Shown in pieces: positions 19,857-31,900 of a DNA stretch of 64,000 nucleotides. Made by a program: the position numbers and the translations under genes. Location: assembly GCA_903994455.1 (NCBI GenBank), contig CAJEXI010000018.1, forward strand, positions 120 through 64,119. Direction: 5' to 3'. The stretch's first letter is position 1. Every line of letters begins with the position of its first letter. The notes beneath the pieces are model-generated. The model did not search any database. It was given only the letters and a program-made list of their open reading frames with translations, and was not told the DNA's origin. This stretch comes from an uncultured Chlorobiaceae bacterium. GTDB taxonomy: Bacteria > Bacteroidota > Chlorobiia > Chlorobiales > Chlorobiaceae.

Positions 19857-20342
19857 ATGTTAAATACTTCATTCAGGGAGCTTGTCCCTATTCTTCAAAC
19901 ATCCATTGGCCCGATGATTCTTATCTCGGGCCTCGGTCTGTTGTTTCTTACCATGACCAACCGGCTTGGTCGTGTTATTGACCGTTCACGCTCATTGCTT
20001 GATAATCTGGAATCCTATCCGGAATCCTATATTCTCCGAATCAATCAGGAGGTAGCTATTCTCTGGAAACGGGCACGCTATATCCGTACCTCGATTCTTC
20101 TGGCCTGCATGACCTGTATTGGTGCGAGCTGGCTGATTATCATGCTCTTTCTCAGCGCACTTGTCAATCTTGATTTGCCGCTGCTGTTGTCGGGGATTTT
20201 TATTTTCAGTATGCTTTGCCTGAGTTTTTCGTTGCTCTTTTTCTTTATTGATGTCAATATGACCCTTTCGGCTTTTAAAATTGAAATGGAGAGTCATGAC
20301 AAGAAAAGACTCATTATTGAAACAAAGGGATATTACAAGTAA
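19857..20342 (+). CDS. DUF2721-family membrane protein
   Basis: IGPMILISGLGLL..MTNRLGRVIDRSR and hydrophobic helices. Confidence 0.75.
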   Translation: MLNTSFRELVPILQTSIGPMILISGLGLLFLTMTNRLGRVIDRSRSLLDNLESYPESYILRINQEVAILWKRARYIRTSILLACMTCIGASWLIIMLFLSALVNLDLPLLLSGIFIFSMLCLSFSLLFFFIDVNMTLSAFKIEMESHDKKRLIIETKGYYK

Positions 20343-20349
20343 AGCGTTC

Positions 20350-21264
20350 TCATCCTCTCGGGTGAAAGGTTTTATGAACCTCCTTGATGAATGAGCGATC
20401 GATGTGGGTGTAGATCTGGGTGGTGACAATCGAGCTGTGGCCGAGCATCTCCTGGACTGCACGCAAATCAGCCCCTCCTTCGAGAAGATGGGTGGCGAAG
20501 GTATGGCGGAAGGTGTGCGGGCTGATACTTTTTTCTATACCAGCCATGACGGCATATTTTCGTACCATGGCAAAGAGCGCCATGCGTGTCAGTTTTATTC
20601 CCCGTGCATTGAGAAAGAGGTAGTCATCGGAATTCTGCTGTGCCAGTGACACGCGAAGCTCCGTCTGGTACTGTTTGACCCACCCGATGGCGGAGTTGCC
20701 AACGGGCACAAGCCTCTCTTTTGAGCCCTTGCCGAAAATCCGTATAAAACCAGCTTCGAAATAGAGATGCTGCTGCTGAATATTGATCAGTTCACTGACT
20801 CTGACCCCTGTCGCATACAGCAGTTCAAGCATCGCCTTGTCTCGCAGCACATATTTTCCGGGAGGCATGAGAGCTTGCGGGGCATCAAGCAGCCGCATGG
20901 TTTCGTCAATAGTCAGGACGTTTGGCAGGTATCGGGCCTGTTTTGGTTGATGGAGGTTCTCCGCCGGGTTCGCGCGGAGGGTTCGTTCGTTCACCAGAAA
21001 TTTATGGAATGAGCGGATCGCGGAGATGTTTCGGGCCATGGAACTTGCTTCGAGGCCGATGGTGTAGAGTTCGGTAATGAACTCTTCAATATGAGAGGTC
21101 GTTATGCTCTCCAGCGGCCTTGAGTTCTGTTGCATGAAAAGCAGGTAGCGCTTGAGATCGTTGTTGTACGACTCTCTGGTGTTTCCGGAAAAGTTGCGCT
21201 CGACAAGCATATAGCTCAGGAAGCTCTCAAGCGCTTTCTGGTAGTGGTTCTCCAGCCTGGTCAT
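20350..21264 (-). CDS. xerD: Tyrosine recombinase XerD
   Basis: RDKAMLELLYATGVRVSEL, GKGSKER, SPHTFRHTFATHLL.GGADLR.VQEMLGH, TTQIYTH, HPRG end. Confidence 0.93.
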   Translation of the reverse strand: MTRLENHYQKALESFLSYMLVERNFSGNTRESYNNDLKRYLLFMQQNSRPLESITTSHIEEFITELYTIGLEASSMARNISAIRSFHKFLVNERTLRANPAENLHQPKQARYLPNVLTIDETMRLLDAPQALMPPGKYVLRDKAMLELLYATGVRVSELINIQQQHLYFEAGFIRIFGKGSKERLVPVGNSAIGWVKQYQTELRVSLAQQNSDDYLFLNARGIKLTRMALFAMVRKYAVMAGIEKSISPHTFRHTFATHLLEGGADLRAVQEMLGHSSIVTTQIYTHIDRSFIKEVHKTFHPRG

Positions 21265-22547
21265 GCGATTTTTAGGAGTCGTTGGCAGAACCCGCCATCA
21301 AAGCCCTGGCGCTCACCAGGGAGCGTGAGAATGGTGCCTTCGGGGTCAGCCATAAACTCAGGGTGTCGCTGAAGAAATGCCTCAATCTGCAAGCTGTTTT
21401 CTTCAGGTTCAAGCGAGCATGTGGCATAGACCAGAACGCCCTTTGCATCAAGCAGTTCGGCTGCATGATCAAGAAGCTCAGCCTGCAGTGTCCTGAGCTC
21501 CAGAAGCATCTCCGGGCTCAGTTTCCAGCGAAGTTCTGCCCGTCGGCCAAGAACCCCGGTGCCCGAACAGGGAGCATCGAGCAGGATGGCTTTTGGTCGA
21601 ATGTCAGGCACAAAGCTCCGGGCATCGGCGGCTACGGTTTCGATGATGGTAATACCGAGCGCTGCAGCATGGGCCTCCATTCGCAGAAGTTTTTTTTCAT
21701 AGCGGTCAACGGCGATAATGTGGCCGCTGTTCAGCATCAATTCCGCCATGAAAGTGGCCTTTCCTCCTGGCGCTGAGCACAAATCAACCACGAAACTTCC
21801 GGGCGCAGGGTTCAGCAACAGGCAGGCAAGACCCTGCGTCGGGTTCTGGACGGTGAGTCGTCCATCGGTCACGGCTGGTTCAAAGCGCTTGAAATCTTTT
21901 GAAAGAAAGAAGTTTTCCATGCCGCACTCTTCGTGTCCGTCGGCAAATGCGGGGTCAGAAAAGAGCCGCTCCGAGGAAGTTTTCAGTCGGTTGATTCTGA
22001 AGCCAAACAGCGGGAACTGGTTATTATAGATGAGGATGGACTCGGTTTGTTCTTTTCCGAAAGCCTCAATCCATCGCTCAACCAGCCATTGCGGGTGCGA
22101 GTAGTGTATGGCAAGCTGCTCTTCAATGGTTTTATCCTTCAACCAAACATCAAGGGTGACGCTCTCTGGCGTGATTTTTCTCAACACACCGTTGACTAAT
22201 TTCGACAGGCGCTCTCCCTTGTATTTTCTGGCGAGCTTTACGCATTCATTGACGGCAGCCCAGTCGGGAACCTTGTTGAAAAAGAGAATCTGATAGACTC
22301 CGAGTCGAAGAATATTTTTCAGGACAGGGGCCGCTTTTTCATAGTTATGGTGATAAAAATGGCTGATGATACAGTCAATCTGAAGGCGGTAGCGCAGCAC
22401 TCCGTTGACCAACCCTGTAGAGAGGGCCCTGTCAATGCGGTTCAGGGTGGAGTGCTGCAAGAGCTTGTGCAGAATCTGGTCAGATCGCTGTTTGCCGGTT
22501 TCAAGTGACTGCAAAACATTCAAGGCAAGTTCTCGTGCGGTGGTCAT
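21261..22547 (-). CDS. rsmB: 16S rRNA m5C967 methyltransferase
   Basis: NusB-like N-terminus, DLCSAPGGK, LLDAPCSGTG, YATCSLEPEEN. Confidence 0.92.
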   Translation of the reverse strand: MTTARELALNVLQSLETGKQRSDQILHKLLQHSTLNRIDRALSTGLVNGVLRYRLQIDCIISHFYHHNYEKAAPVLKNILRLGVYQILFFNKVPDWAAVNECVKLARKYKGERLSKLVNGVLRKITPESVTLDVWLKDKTIEEQLAIHYSHPQWLVERWIEAFGKEQTESILIYNNQFPLFGFRINRLKTSSERLFSDPAFADGHEECGMENFFLSKDFKRFEPAVTDGRLTVQNPTQGLACLLLNPAPGSFVVDLCSAPGGKATFMAELMLNSGHIIAVDRYEKKLLRMEAHAAALGITIIETVAADARSFVPDIRPKAILLDAPCSGTGVLGRRAELRWKLSPEMLLELRTLQAELLDHAAELLDAKGVLVYATCSLEPEENSLQIEAFLQRHPEFMADPEGTILTLPGERQGFDGGFCQRLLKIA

Positions 22548-22654
22548 GGAATATTATTAAAAATCAGTTAAGTGCATTCGCTTCTCCGTGCAGTTTGTAA
22601 AATACTAATCCCTGTTGTAGATTAATCAGACTAAATGTTCTTTTCAAGATTTCA

Positions 22655-22767
22655 AGCTATCATCCAGAAAGGTGGAGGGACTGGCCCTGAGAAGCCTTGG
22701 CAACCGTCATTGCACGATGATCGGTGCCAATTCCATCCCGGAATATTGACCGGGAATGATGATGGTA
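22655..22767 (+). ncRNA. SAM-I (S-box) riboswitch
   Basis: atcatccagaaaggtggagggactggccctgagaagcc..ggcaacc..ggtgccaattcc..gatgat, with P1 atcatc/gatgat; lies upstream of metX. Confidence 0.93.
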
Positions 22768-22899
22768 TGTTTGCCTTTCTGCAGCTTCATACCTCTCTTC
22801 AGACATTTTCCTGTAACCCGTCACATCAGGGTTATTTTTGCACTCCGGGAGCGATAGCGCGACCCAAGGAGGATTTGAACAAGCTTTTGCTAAACGGTT

Positions 22900-23967
22900 A
22901 TGAAGCGCATGAGAGCATATACGGAGATTATTTCAGAAAAAACAGACTATTTCGATTTCAAAGAGCCGTTTACTACGGAGCTCGGTGCCGTTCTCCCCTC
23001 GGTTCGGGTAGCCTACAGGACATGGGGGACGTTAAATTCCAAAAAAGATAATGTGCTCCTTGTCTGTCAGGCTCTTACAGGTTCTGCTGACGCGGATGCC
23101 TGGTGGGAAGGGATGTTTTCCAGAGGTGGCGCATTCGATGAGAGCAGGGATTTTATTATCTGCACGAATGTGCTCGGGAGCTGTTATGGAACAACAGGCC
23201 CGATTTCAATGAATCCCCTTACCGGAAGCCATTATGGGCCGGATTTCCCCTTGATCACCATCAGGGATATGGTGCACGTGCAGCGCATTCTGCTCGCCGG
23301 TTTGGGTATTGAGCGGGTAAGGCTTGTGGTCGGGGCCTCTCTTGGCGGCATGCAGGTGCTTGAGTGGGGATTTCTCTATCCTGACGTTGTTCAGGCGCTG
23401 ATGCCGATGGGCGCTTCAGGTCGTCACTCTTCATGGTGTATTGGGCAGAGCGAGGCGCAGCGGCAGGCGATCTATGCGGATCGTGACTGGAACGATGGCT
23501 GGTATCAGGAGGGTCATCCCCCCGGAAAAGGTCTTGCGGCTGCCCGGATGATGGCCATGTGCACCTACCGCAGCTTCGAAAACTTTCAGTTGCGCTTTGG
23601 CCGTCAAGTTCAGGATGGGGGTATCTTCAAGGTCGAGAGCTACCTGCATCATCAGGGGCGGAAGCTGGTTGAACGGTTTGATGCCAACACCTATATTACA
23701 CTCACCAAAGCAATGGACTTGCACGATCTCTCCAGAGGCAGGGGAGAGTACGAAGAGGTGTTGCGCTCCTTCATGCTTCCTGTGGAGATTCTCTCGATCA
23801 ATTCCGATATTCTCTATCCAAAAGAGGAGCAGGAAGAGCTTGCCCGACTCATGCCAAATTCGAGTATTCTCTATCTGGATGAGCCCTATGGGCACGACGC
23901 TTTTCTTATTGATGTTGCAACGGTCAGCAGCATGGTGCGGAATTTCCTTGATCGTCTTGAACCATGA
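22900..23967 (+). CDS. metX: Homoserine O-acetyltransferase
   Basis: ALTGS, NVLGSCYGTTGP, GASLGGM, RFDANTY, GHDAFL. Confidence 0.93.
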   Translation: MKRMRAYTEIISEKTDYFDFKEPFTTELGAVLPSVRVAYRTWGTLNSKKDNVLLVCQALTGSADADAWWEGMFSRGGAFDESRDFIICTNVLGSCYGTTGPISMNPLTGSHYGPDFPLITIRDMVHVQRILLAGLGIERVRLVVGASLGGMQVLEWGFLYPDVVQALMPMGASGRHSSWCIGQSEAQRQAIYADRDWNDGWYQEGHPPGKGLAAARMMAMCTYRSFENFQLRFGRQVQDGGIFKVESYLHHQGRKLVERFDANTYITLTKAMDLHDLSRGRGEYEEVLRSFMLPVEILSINSDILYPKEEQEELARLMPNSSILYLDEPYGHDAFLIDVATVSSMVRNFLDRLEP

Positions 23968-23973
23968 ATTTTG

Positions 23974-24044
23974 CCTGGAGCGCCGAGCTCCAGCTCGGCA
24001 GAAAAAGAGGATACGATGCCGATCTGGAGCTCGGCGCTCCCAGG
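23974..24044. repeat. REP/REPIN-like inverted repeat between convergent metX and serS
   Basis: cctggagcgccgagctccagctcggca ... tgccgatctggagctcggcgctcccagg (1 mismatch, 1 indel); each arm is itself palindromic. Confidence 0.8.
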
Positions 24045-24046
24045 TT

Positions 24047-25327
24047 TTATATCTCCACAAATCCGGTATAGCGCTGCAATACTTCCGGCACCCTGATATG
24101 CCCATCAGGCATCTGGTAATGCTCCAGCAGGGAGACCATGAGTCGCGAGGTTGCCAAACCTGAGCCGTTCAGGGTGTGCACAAACTCCGGTTTGGACTTG
24201 TTGTCGGGCTTGAAGCGGATGTTCGATCTTCTTGCCTGGTAATCCTCAAAGTTGGAGCAGCTTGATGCCTCCAGATATTTCTGTTCTGCCGGTGACCAGA
24301 CCTCAATGTCGTAACATTTTGTCGCGTTGGCGCTGATGTCGCCGCTGCAGAGCAGCAGTACCCGGTAGGGGATCTTCAGGGCCACAAGGATTGCTTCGGC
24401 ATGGGAGCGAATCTCCTCAAGCGCTGCGTAAGACTCCTCTGGCCGGGTAAACTTCACCATCTCCACCTTGTTGAACTGGTGCACCCGGAGGAACCCTCGT
24501 GTATCCTTGCCATAACTTCCTGCTTCGCGTCGGAAACAGGCAGAATAGGCGGTGTAGGAGATGGGCAGACTTGCGGTCTCCAGCATCTCCCCCCGATGGA
24601 GGTTGGTGACCGGTACCTCTGCGGTCGGGATGGCATAGAGGTCATCTTCACCGATGTGGTAAACCTGGTCGGCAAATTTGGGCCACTGTCCGGTTCCTCG
24701 CAGCGACTCCTGGTTGACAAGAAATGGCGGAAAAACCTCAGTATAGCCATGACGTTCGCTATGCGTGTCGAGCATGAAGTTGATCAGGGCGCGTTCCAGA
24801 CGGGCACCTTTGCCAATGTAGGCAGGAAATCCTGCGCCGCTCACCTTGGCACCACGCTCGAAATCGAGAATACCGAGGGATTTGCCCAGTTCAAGGTGGT
24901 TTTTGACCGGGAAGTCAAGGTCGTGCACAAAGCTTGTTGGCTCACCAAACATCTGGTTGTCAGCCGCGCTTCGTCCGACTGGAACCGACTGATGCAGTTT
25001 GTTGGGAAGGGCAAGAAGGATATCCTCCATCTCTTTTTCAAGCTGGCTGAGCGCGGTATCCATTCCGGTGATCTCTTCGGAGACTGATTTCATCTGAATG
25101 ATCAGCTCTTCAGATGAGCCATTGCCGCTCTTTTTTATGTCGGCAATCTCTTTTGAAACTTTATTGCGCAGAGCTTTTTGTTCATCCGAGCGCTGTACCA
25201 GTTGCTTTCTCTCTTTGTCGCAGGCCAGCAATTGCTGGAGTTTCGGCTCTTCCACAGAGAGCTGCCGGTTGTGCAGCATGGCAACAACCTTGTCCGGGTT
25301 CTGGCGGATATAGTTGATATCAAGCAT
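24047..25327 (-). CDS. serS: Serine-tRNA ligase
   Basis: [45 protein letters not shown]. Confidence 0.97.
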   Translation of the reverse strand: MLDINYIRQNPDKVVAMLHNRQLSVEEPKLQQLLACDKERKQLVQRSDEQKALRNKVSKEIADIKKSGNGSSEELIIQMKSVSEEITGMDTALSQLEKEMEDILLALPNKLHQSVPVGRSAADNQMFGEPTSFVHDLDFPVKNHLELGKSLGILDFERGAKVSGAGFPAYIGKGARLERALINFMLDTHSERHGYTEVFPPFLVNQESLRGTGQWPKFADQVYHIGEDDLYAIPTAEVPVTNLHRGEMLETASLPISYTAYSACFRREAGSYGKDTRGFLRVHQFNKVEMVKFTRPEESYAALEEIRSHAEAILVALKIPYRVLLLCSGDISANATKCYDIEVWSPAEQKYLEASSCSNFEDYQARRSNIRFKPDNKSKPEFVHTLNGSGLATSRLMVSLLEHYQMPDGHIRVPEVLQRYTGFVEI

Positions 25328-25346
25328 GATGGTGAGTGAGAATGGG

Positions 25347-25805
25347 TTATGCTGAAAGCAGTGACTTGACGATTTGCTGAACTTTGGTGCCATCAGCCTT
25401 TCCCTTGAGCGCTTTCATCGCTTCAGTCATCACTTTGCCCATCTCTTTCATGGATGCAGCGCCTGTTTTTGTGATAATATCCTGTATGACGGACGTTACC
25501 TCCTCTTCGGAGACCGGCGCTGGAAGATACTCTTCAAGCACGGCCAACTCTGCCTGCTCGGTGGCAGCAAGGTCGAGACGATTGCCGGCAGTAAATTGTT
25601 CAATGGCATCACGCCGTTTTTTGGCGAGACTCACCAGCACCTCCAGCTCCTGCTCTTCTGTCAGTACGGCGGTGCCGCCAACACGGATGGAGACCTCTTT
25701 TTCCAGCAGTGCGGCGCGGATGGAGCGTATGGCATTCAGGCGGGTTTTATCACCGCTTTTCATCGAATTTTTCAGATCCGGATCTATTTTTTCCTTCAGA
25801 CTCAT
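25347..25805 (-). CDS. GatB/YqeY domain protein
   Basis: [39 protein letters not shown]. Confidence 0.9.
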   Translation of the reverse strand: MSLKEKIDPDLKNSMKSGDKTRLNAIRSIRAALLEKEVSIRVGGTAVLTEEQELEVLVSLAKKRRDAIEQFTAGNRLDLAATEQAELAVLEEYLPAPVSEEEVTSVIQDIITKTGAASMKEMGKVMTEAMKALKGKADGTKVQQIVKSLLSA

Positions 25806-25897
25806 GATGATGTCAACTCAAAATTTTTTTAAAGAAGAATCAGAAAGTACAGGAAAAAACGCTGCTTTCCCACAAGAAAAAGAGGGTGGGGCAGTTG

Positions 25898-26566
25898 TCA
25901 GAGCAGGGAGCTTTCCCGAAAGCTGAACCAATCTGTTTTTCCGATAATAATGTGGTCAAGCAGTTCGATCTGGATGACGGCGCTCGCCTTTTTCAGAAGT
26001 TCGGTAACCTGTTTGTCGGCATTGCTTGGTTCAACGTCTCCTGAAGGGTGGTTATGCACGAGTATTATGGCGTGAGAACTCTCCTTGATGGCGGCCTTGA
26101 AGACCTCACGGGGGTGAATAAGGGCGGCGTTGAGCGTTCCTACAGAAACGAGTTCAGTTTTGATGATCTGGTTTTTGGTGTTCAGGTGCAAGACGAAGAG
26201 GTGCTCCTTTGTTTCATCAGGAATACGGCCAGCCATGTATTCAAAAATATCTCTCGCCGCCTGGATTTTTCTATTGTTGTTGCGGCTGTAGTGCAACCGC
26301 TTGTTCAATTCAAAAATGGCGACAATTTGCATGGCTTTGGCCTCTCCGATTCCCTTGATCTCCTGAAGTTCCCCGATGGTTATATTGACAAGCTTCTCAA
26401 GAGTGAACCGGGCAATAATTTCGTTACAGGTATCAACAATGTTGAGTTTTCTGGAACCGAAGCGTAAAATGATTGCCAGCAGTTCGGCCGGGCTGAGTGA
26501 GGATGGGCCGCTGCTGAGAAATCTCTCTCTTGGCCGGTTTTCAGGATCCAAATCATGAAGTCGCAT
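25898..26566 (-). CDS. radC: RadC-family JAB protein
   Basis: RPRER, HPREVF, HNHPSG, LLDHIII. Confidence 0.92.
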   Translation of the reverse strand: MRLHDLDPENRPRERFLSSGPSSLSPAELLAIILRFGSRKLNIVDTCNEIIARFTLEKLVNITIGELQEIKGIGEAKAMQIVAIFELNKRLHYSRNNNRKIQAARDIFEYMAGRIPDETKEHLFVLHLNTKNQIIKTELVSVGTLNAALIHPREVFKAAIKESSHAIILVHNHPSGDVEPSNADKQVTELLKKASAVIQIELLDHIIIGKTDWFSFRESSLL

Positions 26567-26670
26567 TGGTTCTCTCTTTACAGACGTTGCCGAATAATTA
26601 CAATTTGCTTATGTAAAGTAAGTGTATTTTGTGAGTTTGCAAAGAAAAAGCGTAAAGAGAACGAGTTTTT

Positions 26671-27099
26671 TTAGTCGCCTTCATATTCTGCCCAATTGTT
26701 TGGTGTCTCATACCACCGAAGTTGTTTAAGCTTGACACCTTCAGGCAAATGGTGACAAATCTGGTTAAACGCCCATCTGGCAAGGCATTCAGCCGTTGGG
26801 GGTTCATCAGTGACCAGAACCCTGGAATTGCGTTTTATGATAAAGTCAAGATCCTCATGATCATCCTTCCATACAGCAAAACCGTGATCAAGCCTGTCGT
26901 GAATGTGTTCCACCATAACCTCTTTTAAAAACTTGAAATCCATCACCATCCCCTCTTCGCTGTCACCTTTGCGCTGAATCAGCTCACCTTCAACGGTGGC
27001 GACAACCACCCCGCGATGGCCGTGCAGTTGATTACAGAAAGAAAAGCTGTTTGGAAGTGTATGGCCGTAATCAATCTCTATTTTTCGTGAAATGCGCAT
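26671..27099 (-). CDS. queD: 6-carboxytetrahydropterin synthase (PTPS family)
   Basis: GH, C..LHGH, MVMDF, LDH, PTAE, ETP. Confidence 0.85.
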   Translation of the reverse strand: MRISRKIEIDYGHTLPNSFSFCNQLHGHRGVVVATVEGELIQRKGDSEEGMVMDFKFLKEVMVEHIHDRLDHGFAVWKDDHEDLDFIIKRNSRVLVTDEPPTAECLARWAFNQICHHLPEGVKLKQLRWYETPNNWAEYEGD

Positions 27100-27235
27100 G
27101 GTTACAATGATTGTCGGTTACCGGTTTCCCCTGTTGGCAGTGGCTGGCAAAGTGTACGCAAAAAATTATTGGTTCACGAATTTTCGCGTTCTTGTCTATC
27201 GCTCTGTCAGAAGCTCAACCAGATAAATATAACCG

Positions 27236-28945
27236 CTAAAAACTTTTTATTGCTTGGGCATAGACCATGGGACTCTCGGCGGGAGTGCTTGAGCCCGAAA
27301 TTTTCCATGCGGCTGTCGATTGCAGGCTGAAGTTTTTGGCATCAAACCATTTTATACCAAATCCTGCGCCGGTCAGGTTGCTGGTGTTCTTGCCAGCATC
27401 GGGAAGGGGGTTGTTATGAAGAGCGGCATAACCATGGTCAACAAAAGCGGAGAGTTCCAGTTTGCCTGGGAGTTCCCCGGTTGAATCAAAAAGATAGCGC
27501 AGTTCAGCCGTCGCTACAAAACCTTTATCGGCGCAGGACTCACTGGTTTGCCATGCACGTACTGCGCTGGGGCCTGTCAGTGAGAGTTGTTCCGAGCTGT
27601 TCAGATTTTTATTGCTCCACTGCCCGTAAGCGCCGGCATAAAGAGTCCAGCCACGCACAATCGTCTGGGTACGGGCAAGACTCATGTTCAGCTTGGCATA
27701 GCCGCCATTGGTGTGCAATCCTTGCGCGGACTGGTCTCTTGAGAGCGTTTCGGGATCATTGAGACACAATAGCCCTCTGATAGCACCGAGGGAGAGTAAG
27801 GTGGAACCACCCCCCAGCAGGTTATCCATCTGTATGCCGGTAAGCCCTGTCTGACAAGATGCCGAAAGTCGTTGATTGCTGGATTGTGCACTTTCAATTC
27901 GATCGTCCAGCATTTTGCCTTCTCCCGCAAAGGTTGCATTCAGGATTAGATTTCGGGTTCGTATGATTGGCTGGGTAAGGGAAAAAATCAGGTTGTGGGC
28001 ATCGCCGTGTGCATGTAATGCCTTGAATAATCCACCCATCTGATAGGTGACGTAGTTATAGTTACATCCGATTTTTGTTCCATAAGGTGTCACAGGTATC
28101 GAATAGCCGGTTTGCACATTCTGCAGGTTACCGATTGTTGAGGTCTGCAGGCGCAGGGTAAACTGGTCGCCAAGATGAAGAGGCGAATAAAGCTCCATAC
28201 TGCCGGTGAAATGATTGACTCCTGTTGCTTCGTTTCCATAGTTGTCAATGTTCACTGAAAAGCTGCCGGGCTTGCCTTCAATGACTTCAAGGGTTGCTTT
28301 TGTTGTGCCAGGTCTTGAGCCCGGTTCCAGCAGGATGCGTGAAGAGATATTGGGGAGTTCGTTGGTTCTCATCACCATGGAGGTAAGTGAGCCATTTTCA
28401 AGAGGCTTGTTTGAGGGTATCTGATTGGCATAATATTCCAGAAGAGATTTCTGTGTTCTCGTTATTGCAGGCTTTGTTTCAACACGGATCGTTTCCAGGA
28501 CACCTTCAAGAACCTCAATGACAAGAGGATTGCCAGGGGTCAGCGTTTGAGGGGGAAAAAAGGCTGATGCAAGAAAATACCCTTTTTTTCGGTAGGCGCT
28601 GGTGATTGTTGAGGCTGCGTTTTCCAGTTCGGCGATCGTCAGTTCCTTTCCTGTATATTCCGCCATGAGCGCAGAAAGTTCATTGGCTGAACAAAGGGTG
28701 TTGCCGGTAAAGGTAAAACCAGCAACCTTGATGCGGGGACTCTCCATGTTTCGTTTCCCCGTTCCAATTGGTTGCTGATGGTCAGGAGGAGCTTGCCGGG
28801 GCATAACAGAGGGCAATGCCGCACTTTCATTCAGAAGCCGGCCAGCATCAGGCAGATTGGCTGCAAAAGCGGTGCTGGCCGTAAAGGCTGAGATGAAGAG
28901 AAGTGTGTTCAATGACGCAGCCATAACTGATTCCATAAATGTCAA
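27236..28945 (-). CDS. Two-partner secretion outer-membrane transporter (ShlB/FhaC, TpsB)
   Basis: Signal peptide, POTRA (FTGNT..ITSAYRKKGY), DNYG, LNSSEQ..GPSAVRA, C-terminal F. Start codon uncertain. Confidence 0.88.
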   Translation of the reverse strand: MTFMESVMAASLNTLLFISAFTASTAFAANLPDAGRLLNESAALPSVMPRQAPPDHQQPIGTGKRNMESPRIKVAGFTFTGNTLCSANELSALMAEYTGKELTIAELENAASTITSAYRKKGYFLASAFFPPQTLTPGNPLVIEVLEGVLETIRVETKPAITRTQKSLLEYYANQIPSNKPLENGSLTSMVMRTNELPNISSRILLEPGSRPGTTKATLEVIEGKPGSFSVNIDNYGNEATGVNHFTGSMELYSPLHLGDQFTLRLQTSTIGNLQNVQTGYSIPVTPYGTKIGCNYNYVTYQMGGLFKALHAHGDAHNLIFSLTQPIIRTRNLILNATFAGEGKMLDDRIESAQSSNQRLSASCQTGLTGIQMDNLLGGGSTLLSLGAIRGLLCLNDPETLSRDQSAQGLHTNGGYAKLNMSLARTQTIVRGWTLYAGAYGQWSNKNLNSSEQLSLTGPSAVRAWQTSESCADKGFVATAELRYLFDSTGELPGKLELSAFVDHGYAALHNNPLPDAGKNTSNLTGAGFGIKWFDAKNFSLQSTAAWKISGSSTPAESPMVYAQAIKSF

Positions 28946-28983
28946 TGGACAAAAGCAATACCCTCAAACCTGGACAGAAATAG

Positions 28984-31900
28984 TTATCCGATTTTGACCA
29001 GTACGACGGTCAGTACTTCGCCACCAAACTGATCCCTGGCAATAATTTCAACCCGATATTCCCCTGCGGCATCTTTTGGAGGTGTTCCACTGATGACCTT
29101 CCGCTCTGGATCAAACGACATCCATGACGGTATTGATGAGCCATTAACCGATGCCACTTCAAGAGAGATAACTGCCTCCGGGTTGCTGTGATTGATCATG
29201 TTTTCCGGTAGTGAAAAGGCAAAGAATTGTTCCGCAGGTTCAGGCACCTCTATCGGGCTGCCAGCAGTAAAACCGCCACTTGAGGCGTTTTGCGACTGGC
29301 TTGCGAAAGCGAGTTCAGATCCTGTTGTTGACAGCTCTCCCTTGTTCTGATCGTTGATGGCGAGCAAATCGGGCGTGATTTGCGCAGGCTCAGATGTTTG
29401 GGAGGCCATGCCGGAAGTGTAGTCAGGATTGACAAATATCTCTTCGGCAGCATTGAATGTTTGTATCATACGGAGCGCCTGCTGTTGACCGCTGCTTTGA
29501 GCGTCAGCCTGCCAGGTCAACATTGGATCGACATCACCGTATATTTTGCTGAGCGCATTAGCCGAAATATTTATCGGGCGTTTGGTGATTAAGAACGCAT
29601 TATTGTCGGCCACAAAGGTAATGTTGTAGTTGCTGGCCTTGCTTCCAGAACCAAGGTTGATATCGTAACTGCCGACGTTGGATCCCGTCTGCCGACTCAG
29701 GATGCCGGTGATGTCGCTCAAGGCATCGCTCACCGTTACACTGCCGAGGCTGCCACTGGTGATGGTAACACCCAGCGCCGGATCCGCTTCGCCGTAGGTT
29801 GTGCCTGCGGCAGTAGCGCTCAACGTCATTGGACGCTGATTGATGGTCAGGTTGGCACCGGTGTAGTTGATTTGATAGTTACTGTTGTTCAGTGTGTTTT
29901 GAGCGATGGCGTAATTGCTCACATTTTCTCCATCTGCCCGGCTGAGTTCGCCGCTGAAGCTGTCACCCGAAAGAAGACCACGTCCACTGCTTTGCTCTTC
30001 GGCTGACCAGGTGAGTGTTGGATCGGAGTCACCATAGGTTTTGCTGAGAGCGCTGGCTGCAACAGTGACTGGCCGCTGGGTGACGGAAAAGGCGTTGTTG
30101 TCGGTAACAAAGGTAATATTGTAGTTATCAGCCTTGCTTCCAGTGCCGAGGTTGATGTCGTAACTCCCGACATTCGAACCGGTCTGCCGACTCAGTATGC
30201 CAGTGACATCGCTCAACGCATCACTGACGGTCACACTGCCGAGACTGCCATCGGTAATGGTGACCTCCAGTGCAGCATCCACCTCGCCATAGATTGTGCT
30301 TGCATTTTTGGAGCTCAAGGTAATCGGGCGCTGATTGATAGTCAGGTTGGCACCTGTGTAGTTGATCGCATAGTTGCTGTTGTTCAGCGTGTTCAGGGTG
30401 ATCGCATAGCTGCCGACGTTCTCGCCTGGCGCTCTTGCAAGTTCACCGGTGAAGATATCACCTGCGATGAGACCGCGTCCATTACTTTGAGTTTCAGCAT
30501 CCCAAGTGAGTGGCGGGTCGTTCTCATCATAGGTTTTGTCTTGATCATCAGCAGAAATATCAATCGGTTTGGGTTGAACGGTGTAAGCAAGTCCATTACC
30601 TGCGGCAAAGGTGAAACCGCTGCTGCTTGATAAACCACTGTCATAGTTAATCGTGTAATTGCCTGTGGTTGAGCTGGCTGTTGGAGCGCCACTCACCATC
30701 ATGGCACCTGTCAAGCCGATATTGTCAGCATTATCTTCATTATCTGCAAATCCGGTAAGGGTATAGCTGTACGTGGCATCTGGCTGATCTCCATAGTAAC
30801 TGCTTGCCTTGCCGCTCTCCAAAGTCGTGTTGACGGAAAGCGGGCCTGCAACACTGGTATAGATAAAGCCGTTGCCGGATTCACTGACGTTGAGTGGAGC
30901 ATAACTGGTATAGGTTGCGTTGTAGTGACGGAAGTTCGATGTCAGCATGCCTTTGAGGGTTGAACCGGGATTGGCCGAATAGACCAGCCATCGTGCGGTT
31001 CCGGCAGTTGCGAGTATGACACCGGCACTGTTGCTGAAATCTTTGCCTGCCAGAACGATGCTGTTGCCACTGGTTGCGCTTGCCGCAAGAGTGCCCGAAG
31101 CGAGGGTGATGCCTGATCCTGCCGTTGTCCCGTTGTTCACTGCGCTGATGTTGCCGGCAGAGATCGTGCGCAGAGTGATGTCACCACTCTCATTGTTGGT
31201 GCGTCCTGCTCCATCCCGAAGGTCGATGGTCACGTTACCTGTCCCGGCGTTGATTGATGTTCCGGCAGCCATGGTGATGACTGCGTTGCCTGCCGATCGC
31301 CAGGCATCAACGACACCGTTTGCCTGCGTATCATTGGAAACAAGTGTCAGGTTCCCGTTGTCGGTCGTGATACTGGCATTGATCAGGATGCTTTGTCCTG
31401 CATAGAGGTCAAGATTACCGCCATGACCAAGCAGGTTGTCGGTGATGATGGCCGAATTGACGGTGATGTTGTTGTTGGCCTTCAGGATGACATTGTCACC
31501 GGCATTGAGCAGCATTGTCATCTGGTTTGGAGTGAAGGTGTTGTCAGTGCCTGGATTGGAGCTGTAACCTTCTTGCAGCAAAGACTCCTGTACAGTTTGA
31601 GGGGTCAGAATCTCCACTTTGCCGGTATTGTTTGACCAGTTCATGGAACTGACAACAAAACTGCCGTTCATGTTGCCCACCGTGAGAGGTGTAATACCGC
31701 CGGAACTCAGTTGATCATCTTTACCGGAACCCATAAAGCTGTTGGCTGTGCTTACCGCACCGACGAGGCCGCCGTGTCCATTGCCCAGGGTTACAGATCC
31801 TGCATTGGAAAGAGAGCCATTGTCCATCGTTGAGGAGCCCGTCACATAAGATCCGTTGGTCAGCGCTACCGTTATGGCGCCTGCCTGATCACCGGTTTTG

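Noticed and set aside
20350-21264. Island or phage integrase
   Set aside because: Canonical XerD overlapping rsmB in a core context.
25898-26566. Mobile-element radC
   Set aside because: Full-length chromosomal type among housekeeping genes.
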